From contig CAVVLG010000003.1 in the NCBI GenBank assembly GCA_963749085.1, positions 80,235 to 144,234 on the forward strand: a stretch of DNA of 64,000 nt, given 5' to 3'. The notes beneath the pieces are model-generated. The model did no database searches. It was not told where the DNA came from and worked only from the letters and a program-made list of their open reading frames with translations. The stretch is from Candidatus Adlerbacteria bacterium (GTDB taxonomy: Bacteria > Patescibacteriota > Minisyncoccia > Phycocordibacterales > SBAW01). This document shows, in pieces, positions 11,582 through 22,169 of the stretch (position 1 is the stretch's first letter; the number at the start of each line of letters is the position of its first letter). The translations under genes and the position numbers were made by a program.

Positions 11582-12982
11582 TTATAGCTGGCAACCCGTG
11601 ACAGTGTTGTTGCCACTACCAACCGTACAAGTGCTGCTTTCCCCTCCGGCAACGACAGAGTTATTTCCATTGCCTTCTATCGTTATGGTGTCGCTACCCG
11701 TGCCCGTTTTGATGGTGTTATTGCCAATGCCTGCTGTAATTATTTGATTGCCGGTGCCGGTAATGAGAGCGCTATTGCCGGCGCCAGTCATGATGAGGTT
11801 ATTTCCATTGCCGACTCTTATGTTTTGGTTTCCAGCGCCGGTCACGATAGTGCTGTTGCCATTGCCCGTATGAATATTTTGATTGCCGGCTCCGGTCGTT
11901 ATTGTTTGATTACCCACTCCAGTTGCGATCGTATTATTGCCGGCGCCAGTCTGTATGGTGTCGTTGCCGTTGCCGAGAGTAATTGTGGAGTTTCCTTCGC
12001 CAGTGCAAACGATGTAACTACCATTTCCTCCCGTAATAGTATCGTTGCTGTTGCCGCCAACGAACATAGTCTGGGGAGCGAGGGTGACGGTAGCATTGGT
12101 AGTTGCGGTTATGAGCGTATAGCCTGCTGGTACTACAGCGGGCATCTGACAAGCCCCTGCTGGCGGCGTCTCGGTAGGTGGCGCTTGTATGGTAAGAGTG
12201 CCGGGGACAAAGACCGAAATGAAATAGTAGCCGCTTGCTTCAAGCGTACCCACGGTGCAGGTGATCGGGTAGGTTCCTGCAGGACTCGCAGAAGTGGCCG
12301 TGGTAGTGCAGCTCGGGGAGCCGGTGATAAATTCCGCAGCAGTGTCGCTCCCCGCGAAGCCGCTGAGAGTAGCGGTGAAGACACTAGGTAGTGAGGAGCC
12401 GAGCTCAATCGTTTGGTTGTTGGCGGTGACAGTAATCCCTATGGGAGTCACTCCCCACTGCCACTGAATGATGGAGTACGGGAGTGGCGGGAAGCCCTGA
12501 CCGTGTTCAAAGTAATCGTCATCTAGACTTACCTCGCTTAAATCAGTAGGTGCTCCAGAATACCCAATTGCTACGGTGTAGAAGTTCTCTCCTTGTGAGC
12601 CAACAAAATTGAAAGGATAGACTTCGAGTACGGTATACGGCGAAGAGGTAGCGTCGTAGCTCAGGAGTGTAGATGTTCCGGGTACTCCACTATAAACACC
12701 GAAGAACACATTCCCGCCCGAGAGCTGTGGAAATCCGTACGTGCAGGTGGTGTTGCTGTTGAGTACATAAGATCCCCCATCCACGAAGGAGGAAGAATAC
12801 GGGTCACAAAAAAAGGTGAACTGTGATTGCGGGGTGGTCGTTGCATCACTAGGAATAATAATAGTAGGTATACTCTGAGCAAACGCGATGGAAGCTCCAA
12901 AAAAGAGAAAGAAAAGGAGCCCCGAGGTGAAGGAGAGTGCCTGGATGGTCTTGTACATAACGTTTGTATTGTTTTGTACCAT
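11582..12982 (-). CDS. Secreted protein with MBG-like domain and Gly/Asn-rich nonapeptide beta-roll-like repeats
   Basis: Signal peptide ending AFAQ; ITVTANNQT...SPAGTYPIT...PGTLTI; repeated ITTGAGNQN units. Confidence 0.75.
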   Translation of the reverse strand: MVQNNTNVMYKTIQALSFTSGLLFFLFFGASIAFAQSIPTIIIPSDATTTPQSQFTFFCDPYSSSFVDGGSYVLNSNTTCTYGFPQLSGGNVFFGVYSGVPGTSTLLSYDATSSPYTVLEVYPFNFVGSQGENFYTVAIGYSGAPTDLSEVSLDDDYFEHGQGFPPLPYSIIQWQWGVTPIGITVTANNQTIELGSSLPSVFTATLSGFAGSDTAAEFITGSPSCTTTATSASPAGTYPITCTVGTLEASGYYFISVFVPGTLTIQAPPTETPPAGACQMPAVVPAGYTLITATTNATVTLAPQTMFVGGNSNDTITGGNGSYIVCTGEGNSTITLGNGNDTIQTGAGNNTIATGVGNQTITTGAGNQNIHTGNGNSTIVTGAGNQNIRVGNGNNLIMTGAGNSALITGTGNQIITAGIGNNTIKTGTGSDTITIEGNGNNSVVAGGESSTCTVGSGNNTVTGCQL

Positions 12983-13080
12983 ATGTAGTGGTTCCAGTCA
13001 AAGAATGTATCCTGTGGAGAGTCAGCGCATGACAGAAATATAAGCTGTTAGTGCCTCATGCGCAGAGTTCCTTAGCAAAG

Positions 13081-13114
13081 AAAACCCTCCGACCATGAGG
13101 TCTAGAGGATTTTC
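13081..13114 (-). terminator. Probable terminator after pilin gene
   Basis: Imperfect inverted repeat aaaaccctc...gaggatttt. Confidence 0.5.
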
Positions 13115-13140
13115 AGAGAAGTTTCAGGCGACCGCTCTCG

Positions 13141-13710
13141 TTAACAACCTGCAATGACCCCCTCTGAGGTAGCACTGCTTACATTGACTGAACCGTAGCT
13201 TCCAGCTGTGCCATTATAAGATTTATTGCCGTTCTCAAGAACCGAACAGATTTCATAATTCTCCGTGGTTGGAGCGCCAGCGGCCTGTGTACCTATTGTT
13301 CCGCTCCATGTTGAGATGGAATACTGGCAAACACCTGTTCCAACAGCGCTTGCTAGGGCTCCAGCACACATACCTGTGCCGCCATTGTTTGTGCCAAGAG
13401 AGCCAGCTAAAGGATCAATATAGTTAACGAAGCTGATTGGGGATGGCCCGCTACAACCTGTAACACTTACATCCTTCGTCAAAGATCCACCACAATTAGC
13501 GATCGAGGGTGGGGGTGTAGAGTCGGCAACTGCAATGGCTTTTGCCATTTCTTGCAGAGATGCTACGCGGGCGGCGTCCCGACCTTTGCCTTGTGCACTG
13601 GAGAGAGACACGAGCACTATAGAAGCCAAAATACCGATAATGGCGATGACGACCAAAAGCTCGATGAGGGTGAAGCCCTTAAGATAGAACTTTTTAAAGC
13701 TGTTGTGCAT
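13141..13710 (-). CDS. Type IV pilin, probable major pilin
   Basis: KGFTLIELLVVIAIIGILASIVLVSL; own promoter and terminator. Confidence 0.9.
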   Translation of the reverse strand: MHNSFKKFYLKGFTLIELLVVIAIIGILASIVLVSLSSAQGKGRDAARVASLQEMAKAIAVADSTPPPSIANCGGSLTKDVSVTGCSGPSPISFVNYIDPLAGSLGTNNGGTGMCAGALASAVGTGVCQYSISTWSGTIGTQAAGAPTTENYEICSVLENGNKSYNGTAGSYGSVNVSSATSEGVIAGC

Positions 13711-13823
13711 AATCTGAAGATTATCTAAATAAACTAATAAATAGGATATATGAATTCCTAATCCCCCTTAGTATACCTGGCCTAGCAAACCCCAAAAACA
13801 GGCCTGTGGATAAGGGTAAGCCC

Positions 13824-15038
13824 TTATATATTGGCGGTCGTGTCATAAATAGGTATGAGAATAGAAGCCAGAAGGAACCCGACGCCAATAGCCAACACGA
13901 TGATGAGCGCCGGCTCGATGAGCGAAACGAGCGTATCGACGGCTACGTTCACCTCGCGCTGGTAGAATTTGGCGAGGCGCTCCAGAATATTGCCTAACTC
14001 CCCCGTCTCTTCCCCTATCTGAAGCATTTGTACTAATATGGAAGGCATATCGTGCGGATGCTGGGAGAAGCTTTGCGACATTGAGCTTCCCGCTTTAACG
14101 TTCTCGACCGCTTCGCGCAGTATTGCTTCGTAGACGTCATTGCCGACGATGCTCGCGGTTATCTCGAGCGCTCGGACGGCTGAAATGCCCGAGAGCAACA
14201 TCACATGCATATTGTCGGCGATGCGGGTGAGGTAGAGTTTTTGATAGAGATTACCTATATAGGGGACGGAGAGCTTAAGCCGACTAAACGCCAGGTGTCC
14301 TTGGGGCGTCTGCACAAAACGGTAGACAAAAAAGCTTCCGATGATAAGCGCGATAAGAAGAAAGACACCATAATCTATCAAAAAAGAGCTCATGCCGAGC
14401 ACAACCTGTGTGTAGATTGGGAGCGAACCGCCCTCCGTGGTCAGCACCTCACCTACTTTGGGAATGATAATCGTAAGCATCAGTATCATGACCACCACGA
14501 ACGTGCAGGAGATGAATGCCGGATAGATAAGTGCATTTTTTACTTTGGAGGTTACTTCGTAGGAGCGGTCGATGTAATCGGCCAAATACATGAAAGTCCG
14601 ATCGAGCTTGCCCGACTCCTCGCCTGCGCGCACCATGTTGACGTAAAAGGGTGAGAATACTTTGGGATGCTTGTCGAGCGCTTTTGAAATGCCGCTACCG
14701 CCCTGAAGGTCGTCACTTATGTCGGTCAACGTCGTCCGTAACAGAGGTTTATCGGCCTGCTCGGCCAAGAGTTGAAAAATGCGCAGAGCGGAGACCTGCG
14801 CCTCAAAAAGCGTTGCTATTTGGCGCGAGAGGAGCACCAGGTCTCGGCTGGAGACGCGACTAAAAAATGTTATGTTATTGAGCGAGGCCATAAACCCGCC
14901 GTTTCCAGAACCGGTGAGCGAAGTAATGGTGAGGCCCTTGCGCTGGAGCGCCGCAATGGCCGCGTCCTGGGTGGTGGCATTGACGATGCCCCCTTGAGGC
15001 TTACCGGCATTGTCGAGCGCTTCGTACTTGAATTCCAT
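13824..15038 (-). CDS. pilC: Type IV pilus platform protein (GspF family)
   Basis: RAGEESGKLD, YPAF, IGEETGEL, LIEPAL. Confidence 0.95.
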   Translation of the reverse strand: MEFKYEALDNAGKPQGGIVNATTQDAAIAALQRKGLTITSLTGSGNGGFMASLNNITFFSRVSSRDLVLLSRQIATLFEAQVSALRIFQLLAEQADKPLLRTTLTDISDDLQGGSGISKALDKHPKVFSPFYVNMVRAGEESGKLDRTFMYLADYIDRSYEVTSKVKNALIYPAFISCTFVVVMILMLTIIIPKVGEVLTTEGGSLPIYTQVVLGMSSFLIDYGVFLLIALIIGSFFVYRFVQTPQGHLAFSRLKLSVPYIGNLYQKLYLTRIADNMHVMLLSGISAVRALEITASIVGNDVYEAILREAVENVKAGSSMSQSFSQHPHDMPSILVQMLQIGEETGELGNILERLAKFYQREVNVAVDTLVSLIEPALIIVLAIGVGFLLASILIPIYDTTANI

Positions 15039-15045
15039 AGTATGA

Positions 15046-16110
15046 CTAGAGCAAATGTTCCAAAGTCTTCGGGTTCCAGCTACGGCTGTAGGCGCTCTCG
15101 ACCGTTATCTCGCCCATGCGTACCAGCTCGGCAAGGGAGCGGTTCATGTCTATCATGCCCTCTTGTGCACTCGTTTCTATGACCGTTTGTATCTCGTGGG
15201 TGCGTTTCTCGCGAATAAGGTTGGAGACAGCGCTATTGTTAAGGAGGAGTTCGTAGGCCGGTATGAGGCCGCCGGAAATTCTGGGTACCAGGCGCTGGGA
15301 AAAGATGCCGGCAAGGGAGCCGGCAAGCTGTATGCGGATCTGTTCTTGCTGCTGGGCCGGAAAGGAGTCAATAATGCGGTCGAGCGTCTGCGCGGCGTTG
15401 TTGGTGTGGAGCGTTGAGAACACGAGGTGACCAGTTTCGGCGGCAGTGACTGCCGTTGCCATGGTTTCCGGCGTGCGCATCTCGCCTATCATGACCACGT
15501 CAACGTCTTGGCGAAACACCGACTGGAGTGCTGTGCCGAAATCAGCAGTATCGACACGGACTTCGCGCTGCTCAATGAGCGACTTTTTATTTTCGAATAA
15601 ATATTCTATGGGATCTTCTATAGTAATAACGTGTTCGGAACGCTCTTGATTTATTTTTTCGATGAGCGCGGCTAATGTGGTGGTCTTTCCTTGCCCGACT
15701 GGCCCCACTACTAAAAAAAACCCCTGCTCGCGCGCGGCAAAACCCTCAAGAACATCGGGTAAATTAAGCTCGCGTATGGTGCGAATGACTTTTGGAATAA
15801 GCCTGAGTGCCACGCCTATAGTGCCGCGCTCAAAGTAGGCATTGCCGCGGAAACGGGCCGTATCTGCGTGCGCATAGGAAAAGTCGGCCTCTTGGGTATC
15901 CAAAAATTTTTGTTTTTTCTCCCCCGGAAGCATCACCGCGACGAGTCCGAGCATGTCCTGCGAAGTCAATGCAGGCTCAGTAAGAAGCGGGGTGAGTGCC
16001 CCCGAGACGCGGATGACCGGCTGGATGCCGGCGCTTAAATGCAGGTCGCTGCCACCTTGTGCGACGACGATTTCGATAAGCTGGTCTAATTTTTGTGCAT
16101 AGTTCGGCAT
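15046..16110 (-). CDS. pilT: Pilus retraction ATPase
   Basis: SDLHL, GPVGQGKTTT, TIEDPIE, AAETGHLVFSTLH, NLIRE. Confidence 0.95.
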   Translation of the reverse strand: MPNYAQKLDQLIEIVVAQGGSDLHLSAGIQPVIRVSGALTPLLTEPALTSQDMLGLVAVMLPGEKKQKFLDTQEADFSYAHADTARFRGNAYFERGTIGVALRLIPKVIRTIRELNLPDVLEGFAAREQGFFLVVGPVGQGKTTTLAALIEKINQERSEHVITIEDPIEYLFENKKSLIEQREVRVDTADFGTALQSVFRQDVDVVMIGEMRTPETMATAVTAAETGHLVFSTLHTNNAAQTLDRIIDSFPAQQQEQIRIQLAGSLAGIFSQRLVPRISGGLIPAYELLLNNSAVSNLIREKRTHEIQTVIETSAQEGMIDMNRSLAELVRMGEITVESAYSRSWNPKTLEHLL

Positions 16111-16122
16111 GGTCTGGCTCTA

Positions 16123-18006
16123 TTATATCTCGAGTTCCTTTTTAGTGAGCATTGGGGTATCTTCTTCTTTTTTTACTTCTTCGTCACTGACGTCTTCGCC
16201 CAGCACCACGGGTTTCTCCTCCCTCAGCGGCTTTGCTTCTTCTTCGGGAAGTTCGAATTCGCCGCCAAGCGTGTTCACTTCTTCAAACGGGATGATTCCT
16301 TTGGTGGCTTTAATGATAGCATCCTCTTTCATGGTGAGCATGCCAGTCTTGCGCACGATCGAAAATATTTCGTCCTCGGGTTTGTTGGCGAGGATGGCCC
16401 GTTCCAACTCGAGATTCATGTCAAACATTTCAAACACGCCCATGCGACCACGGGTGCCGGCGGGACAATCTGGAGTAGGCTCTCTCAAATAAATTTCATC
16501 AAGCGGAGGGACCTCTTTGCGATATTCGGCGGGCAGATCCTTAAATTCATTGCTGAGCATAGCTTGCATACTCTCCTCGACCTTTACTTTTTTGCCGCCG
16601 CCGGGGCACAAGGTGCGCACGAGGCGCTGGGCCATACCGAGAATAAGCACCGGTGGAATAAGGTACGGCTCAATGCCCATGTCAAGGAGGCGCGGCACGA
16701 TACCTATGGCATTATTGGTATGTATAGTCGAAAGCACCAAGTGTCCGGTAAGCGCCGCCTGCACTGCCAAGTTGGCCGTCTCATTGTCGCGGATCTCGCC
16801 GACCATAATGATATTGGGGTCTTGGCGCAGGGTCGTACGCAATCCATTGGCAAAGTCATAACCGATTTCAGGTCGCACCTGCGACTGAGATACACCGGCG
16901 ATAGTGTACTCGACCGGATCTTCAAGCGAAAGCACATTCTGCTTTTCGCGGTCGACTTCGTTGAGGATAGCGTAGAGCGTTGTTGATTTGCCGCTGCCGG
17001 TGGGACCCGAGATAAGTACAAGGCCGTAGGGTTTTCTTATCGCCGTGCGTATAAGATTGAGGTTGCGCTCTGAGAGTCCGAGGTTGTCGAGTTTAAGCTC
17101 TTGCGCAGAGCTCCCCAAAATTCGCATCACCACCTTCTCGCCGTAGTACGTTGGAAACGTCGACACGCGAAAGTCAACTTTGTTGCCGCCTACGCGCGCG
17201 GAAAAACGGCCGTCTTGCGGTTTCCGTTTCTCATCGAGGCGCATGTTGGAGAGCACCTTGATGCGCGCGACCACGGCTGAGTGGACCTTTGGCGGAAGCG
17301 TAATGTTAGTGATCAATACGCCGTCTATTCTAAAGCGCACGCGTGTTTGGTCGACCAGCGGCTCGATATGAATGTCGGAGGCGCGCTGTTCGGCCGCGTG
17401 GCGCAGTATCGTAGCGACGATCTTGGTGACCGGCGCGTCCTCAGTGATGGCGGAGGACTCCGTCTCGGTGACCTCCGCCTCTTCAAGCGAAAAAGGCTTC
17501 TCTCCTTTTTTAGCGGTGGTTTTTTGCATCTCCACCGTCGTTTCCGTCTCAAACTCACCTAACGCCTTTCCTACTTCCCCGGATAGCCCTTTGTACTCTT
17601 GGAGCAGTGTATCGAAATCGGTATCGGTAATAAGAAAGACCTTATAGGGTTTGCCGATTTTCGCCGAGATGAACGTCAGTGCGTCGCGCGCTTCAAGGTT
17701 GTCAGGGTCGGTGATACCGACTTCAAGCGCGCCGTCAACGATACCGAGCGGTGCTAAACGGTAGTGGCGTGCGGACTCCTCCGGCACGTAGCGCAAGATA
17801 TCAAAGGGAACCGCCTTCTCCCCCACCTCGCGGGTCGGTATACCGTAATACTCTCCTTTAACCTTTAGAATATCTTTAAGCGCGACACCGTTTTTTTGGA
17901 GCACGCCTTCCACGGTGCTCCCTGCTTTTGAGAGTTCAGATTCTATTTGGGGAAGGGCCCCTCTATCGACAACACCGCTGTCGCTTAATAATTTGAGAAG
18001 GTCCAT
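16123..18006 (-). CDS. pilB: Pilus assembly ATPase (GspE family)
   Basis: ASDIHIEP, GPTGSGKST, LRQDPNIIMVGEIRD. Confidence 0.95.
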   Translation of the reverse strand: MDLLKLLSDSGVVDRGALPQIESELSKAGSTVEGVLQKNGVALKDILKVKGEYYGIPTREVGEKAVPFDILRYVPEESARHYRLAPLGIVDGALEVGITDPDNLEARDALTFISAKIGKPYKVFLITDTDFDTLLQEYKGLSGEVGKALGEFETETTVEMQKTTAKKGEKPFSLEEAEVTETESSAITEDAPVTKIVATILRHAAEQRASDIHIEPLVDQTRVRFRIDGVLITNITLPPKVHSAVVARIKVLSNMRLDEKRKPQDGRFSARVGGNKVDFRVSTFPTYYGEKVVMRILGSSAQELKLDNLGLSERNLNLIRTAIRKPYGLVLISGPTGSGKSTTLYAILNEVDREKQNVLSLEDPVEYTIAGVSQSQVRPEIGYDFANGLRTTLRQDPNIIMVGEIRDNETANLAVQAALTGHLVLSTIHTNNAIGIVPRLLDMGIEPYLIPPVLILGMAQRLVRTLCPGGGKKVKVEESMQAMLSNEFKDLPAEYRKEVPPLDEIYLREPTPDCPAGTRGRMGVFEMFDMNLELERAILANKPEDEIFSIVRKTGMLTMKEDAIIKATKGIIPFEEVNTLGGEFELPEEEAKPLREEKPVVLGEDVSDEEVKKEEDTPMLTKKELEI

Positions 18007-18012
18007 GCGAAT

Positions 18013-18351
18013 TTACGGGGTGCCGGTAGGCAGCGTGAGACCTGTCTTGAGGCTCACCCCGGCAAGTGGTGCGAAGGGGTCGAGCCGCCCTACATTTTCA
18101 GGCGGGATGGTAACGCCGAAATCCGTGAGAGAGAGGAACACCGGGTTGGTAAAAATGGAGGGATCGAGCTTTATCGTATTAAGGTTCTGCAAGGTTACCA
18201 GTATGTTCTGGGATGCAGTTGAAGCACTACTGCTTGAGGTAAGTGGGGCACCTGAAGAGCCCCCCGAGAAATACATGAAATAGATAACGAGCGCGAGCAC
18301 CGCCGTTACACAGATGCCTATCGTTACTTTATTTTGTCTCAAAAAATCCAT
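18013..18351 (-). CDS. PilP-position membrane protein
   Basis: One TM, C-terminal GRLDPF; synteny after pilO. Confidence 0.65.
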   Translation of the reverse strand: MDFLRQNKVTIGICVTAVLALVIYFMYFSGGSSGAPLTSSSSASTASQNILVTLQNLNTIKLDPSIFTNPVFLSLTDFGVTIPPENVGRLDPFAPLAGVSLKTGLTLPTGTP

Positions 18352-18359
18352 ACAAATTG

Positions 18360-18905
18360 TTAATAGAGCCAATACGTTTGGATGGTAAAAGTATAGGTGG
18401 TAAGGTCGTTTGGACCGGCAGTGAAACTGAGGCCTTCGACGTCTATAAGGCGCAAACTGTGTTCAAGATCCTGCAGAAATGCCAACATGTTGGCGTAGGA
18501 GGTGGTAATGGCGAATCCGACATCGACGGAACCGACCGGACCGCTCTGAGAACCTGCGGCAAGCGCGTTCGTAGTATTGGCACCGGCGACACTACCAAGC
18601 TGGACATTTTGAAGTGAGAGAGAATGAAGCGAGGCGATGTTGTTGACGTCGATGATGAGACGGATATTGTCGACATTGTCGGGCAGTATCTCCTCGAGAT
18701 TATTGATATCAGTGGTTGAAAACGTGTTGCGCTTGGCAAGCAGTTGGTTACGGGTCGCGAGCAACTGCTGCGATTGATCGAGCGCGTTGTTATAGGCGGC
18801 TACCTGCGTCTCTAGCCCTTGATCGTTTTGGTAGGTCGGATTGATATAGACGACGAATAGGCCTATGGCCGCGATAATGAGTACGATGGGTAGAAAAGCT
18901 CTCAT
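18360..18905 (-). CDS. pilO: PilO-like protein
   Basis: N-terminal TM, coiled coil, LP motif, YANMLAFLQDLEHSLRLIDV. Confidence 0.85.
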   Translation of the reverse strand: MRAFLPIVLIIAAIGLFVVYINPTYQNDQGLETQVAAYNNALDQSQQLLATRNQLLAKRNTFSTTDINNLEEILPDNVDNIRLIIDVNNIASLHSLSLQNVQLGSVAGANTTNALAAGSQSGPVGSVDVGFAITTSYANMLAFLQDLEHSLRLIDVEGLSFTAGPNDLTTYTFTIQTYWLY

Positions 18906-18910
18906 AGTAT

Positions 18911-19552
18911 TTACTGAGGAGTCGATGTCGCGCTGGTCGTAGAGACTTCCATGTCAGCTGCAGGGACGCTTTGCCCAAGAGAATTGCTATATAAGAGGAG
19001 AGACGGCACGACGGTCGCTGCCACGCTGAAGGTTATCCCGCCACCTTGACCCTGTGCTATGTCGGAGAAGACCACATTCTTGAGCATGGGGCTGTTGCCC
19101 AACTGATCAGATTGCAGCGCGACGGTGGAAAAGCTATCGGCCTCCCCCGTCAGTGTTATCGCGGCGCTGCCGTCGGGGTTGAGCTTATAACTAAAACTAT
19201 TGAAGGAGACGTTCTGGAGTGTCTGGGTTGAGAGATAGTTAAAAAAAGCTGAAACCGAGATGTGACTCTGGAGGAGTATTCCCGCTTGGTTTATCCGGCT
19301 GTCGAGTCGCGAGAGATCAGCTATAACCGAGGGGTCATAGGCTCCCTCCGCAAGCTGAAGGGAGTTGCTTTTTGAGGCGATGGCGTTTTGTAGATATTGC
19401 CCGTAGAGGAATGCGGCGCCGGCGGCGACCAAAGAGGCGATGAAAATAAGGAGCGCAATGAGAAAAAAAAGACCGAAGACGCCACCGCTCCCGCGCAGCC
19501 CGGTGTCTACGGGTTTTTTAGGTATGAACGACGTCGAAACCTGGGGGTCCAT
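18911..19552 (-). CDS. pilN: PilN-like protein
   Basis: TSFIPK N-terminal motif, TM, ferredoxin-like pattern; synteny. Confidence 0.8.
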   Translation of the reverse strand: MDPQVSTSFIPKKPVDTGLRGSGGVFGLFFLIALLIFIASLVAAGAAFLYGQYLQNAIASKSNSLQLAEGAYDPSVIADLSRLDSRINQAGILLQSHISVSAFFNYLSTQTLQNVSFNSFSYKLNPDGSAAITLTGEADSFSTVALQSDQLGNSPMLKNVVFSDIAQGQGGGITFSVAATVVPSLLLYSNSLGQSVPAADMEVSTTSATSTPQ

Positions 19553-19627
19553 TTCGTCCTAAGTATAACGCGGAAAAAAAGCAAGCGCTGCGCTGTCAAC
19601 AGAACCTTTTTCGTTTTCGAAGATTGA

Positions 19628-20209
19628 CTATTGACGTGCCTTTGAGAGAGTAACGAGGAATTGTTCGCGTTCGCCGTCTACGACGAGCTCCATGGTGTCC
19701 GTGAGCCCCAATACCATGGGCAACACGTGGCGGACAAAAAAGAACGGCTTGCGCAACACATACTCGACATCCTCGTCGAAGGTCTTATGCAGGAGTTTCA
19801 TATGGCGGTCGGAGGTCGTCATGATCCAGACGTTATCTCTGTTTTTAATGAGTGGCACCAGTTCCTCCCCGATGTGCTTGTCCTGTAGATCAAGAAGCAC
19901 AATGGTCTCCTCCGGTATCACACTCAAAATCTTCTGCAGGGTGTCGCGCTTACCTACCAGGCGTTGTATCCACCTAAAGCTGAAGTGATAGAAAAAGGAA
20001 GCAGCAATGATACCGAAAGGCACCGAACCGTGATAGCAATACAATATGCCGTCTCTGCTTTTGCGTACATCCACCTCTACAATGTCGGGCTTGTAGGCCA
20101 GTACCCTTTGTATCGTTTCGGCGTCATTCTCCCGCCCGTGCACTTTACCGCCGCGGTGTGCTACCACCATGGGCCGCCGCATTGTTTTATTCTCTGAACT
20201 TTCTTGCAT
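19628..20209 (-). CDS. Glycerophosphodiester phosphodiesterase-like protein (short)
   Basis: VAHRGG...EN...VEVDVRKSRDG. Confidence 0.75.
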   Translation of the reverse strand: MQESSENKTMRRPMVVAHRGGKVHGRENDAETIQRVLAYKPDIVEVDVRKSRDGILYCYHGSVPFGIIAASFFYHFSFRWIQRLVGKRDTLQKILSVIPEETIVLLDLQDKHIGEELVPLIKNRDNVWIMTTSDRHMKLLHKTFDEDVEYVLRKPFFFVRHVLPMVLGLTDTMELVVDGEREQFLVTLSKARQ

Positions 20210-20237
20210 AGTCTCCCCACCAGTATAACGTGATATC

Positions 20238-21317
20238 CTAGCCGACCTCCTGCAGCAGTCGCAGTGCGAGGCCGACTGCGACCGAGAATTCTGGTCCAGC
20301 TTCCTTCAGAATAGTTTCAAGGAATGCGGGTGCCTGTGTTTTACCGAACGGATCAGCCAATCGAAGTTCAGTTTGAATTTTTGTCTGCGCAAAATCTTTA
20401 AGACCCTTGATCGTTGCGCCACCGCCAGTCAACACTACTGCACCGAGCGTTTGATTGACGCGCTGCTCATAGGCGCTAATGGTACGCGAAAGTTCCGCGA
20501 GCAGCGGGGTAAGCGTCAGCTCAAGCGATTGTACACTTTCTCCTTGCGTGAGACCCATTTTGCGTTTGCGCTCTTCCGCTTGGGCCACGGTCATCCCCAA
20601 ACTGCGTGAGAGTGCCAAGGTCAAATCTTGCGCACCGTGGTTGATGATATGACTTTCGTGTATGAGTCCGCGTTCAACAACATAGAATTTGGTCGTGGCG
20701 GCGCCCATGTCGACGACCGCCACCGGAGCAATACCGCGGTCGAGGCTGGCGCGCGCTGCGCTGAAAACCTCAATTTCAAAAAACGCGGCCGCCAGTGCGG
20801 CGTCGGAAGCGATAGAGCGAAATTTTGTTATGGTATCGTTGTGTATCGCCACCAGAAGCACTTCTAGCTTGCCGTCCGGAGAGGCACCTGCCTTGCCGCC
20901 GGAGACCACCGACCAATCAAGCAGTACCTCATTTATTGGCACCGGTATATACTTGCGCGCCTCAATAGGAACCACTTGCGCGAGCTGCTTTTCAACCGAA
21001 GCGGGAAGTTTGATGATGGAAACTAGGCTTGAGGAGTAGGGTATGGATATGGCGGCGTCGGCCGTAGTCACATTGGCTTCACGGATAACATCTTTAAGTG
21101 CTTCGGCTATTTTTTCGGCGGGTAGAGACGTCGCCCGACCTATCTCAATCCCCGCGTAGGGCCCGAGCGCTATGGCGCCGTAGGTCTCTAGGATGACGCG
21201 TCCGTGTTCGCGCCTCAATTGGACGATTTTGATGGAGGAAGTACCGATGTCAACGCCCAGCACACTTTTTGCTTCTTTGGAGAACAACGAAGAAAACGAT
21301 GGTAAAGAAAAGGCCAT
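20238..21317 (-). CDS. pilM: Type IV pilus assembly protein PilM
   Basis: LGVDIGTSSIKIV, VDMGA, VVLTGGGA, AVGLALR. Confidence 0.95.
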   Translation of the reverse strand: MAFSLPSFSSLFSKEAKSVLGVDIGTSSIKIVQLRREHGRVILETYGAIALGPYAGIEIGRATSLPAEKIAEALKDVIREANVTTADAAISIPYSSSLVSIIKLPASVEKQLAQVVPIEARKYIPVPINEVLLDWSVVSGGKAGASPDGKLEVLLVAIHNDTITKFRSIASDAALAAAFFEIEVFSAARASLDRGIAPVAVVDMGAATTKFYVVERGLIHESHIINHGAQDLTLALSRSLGMTVAQAEERKRKMGLTQGESVQSLELTLTPLLAELSRTISAYEQRVNQTLGAVVLTGGGATIKGLKDFAQTKIQTELRLADPFGKTQAPAFLETILKEAGPEFSVAVGLALRLLQEVG

Positions 21318-22169
21318 TTTCTCAAGTATATCACTAGCTCGGCGTCTTTACTTTCGTGACACCGAAAAAAAATTGTCGATGCGGGCTGCTATAGAGAACA
21401 GTGAATCTCCACGCCCTTACGGGGCGGGCCAGGTGAGTTAAGTGCCTTCAGCGGGCGCCTAGCAAACTCAATAGACCACTTAACCCATTCATGAATAGCT
21501 GAAATGGTGCCTCGATAACGGCGGCCATGAAGTTAGCCCCTCCGCCAGAGGCCTGGGACGTACTGGGATTCACAGTGATGGTTATCTGCGCGGTCGCCGA
21601 TCCTGCGCTGTTGATGGCGGTCATCGTGTAGGTCGTCGTCGTCGTGGGGCTGAAGTACGTGACGTTATAGCCGTAGGAAGCTGAATAATTGCCGACGCTG
21701 CCGATGCCATGATCGATAGAAATTGAGGTCGCATTGAGCACGTCCCAGGTGACCAGCACGGATTGTCCTGCCGCAATCGTGGCGTTGCCAGCGAAGTACA
21801 CAATGTAGGGCGTGGGGGGCATCACAACCGTAATTTGTGGACTAGTCGCCAAAACAGTACCGCTACAGTAAATGTTGCCATTTGCCAAAGTATATCCGCC
21901 TCGGCAGAGTTGCAATTGGTAGGTCCCGCCCATTGGCGGCATTGTTATAGTCATAACTGCCTGCCCAGAAGCATTCACACTCGCGGAAGAGACCGCCGGG
22001 GTAATAAACGCAGAACCAGCAGGCTCGGGGTATGGGGCTTCAACTCCGTTCGAGTTAACGACTAATATAACATCTCCCGATTGCTCATTCGGATCAACGA
22101 CAGTCGCGGTCACATAACCCTGAGGACCGACGCTTTGTGGAGACACGGAGACCGAGGGACTGGCCGGAT

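Noticed and set aside
16093-16986. 297 aa + strand ORF
   Set aside because: Antisense shadow of pilB
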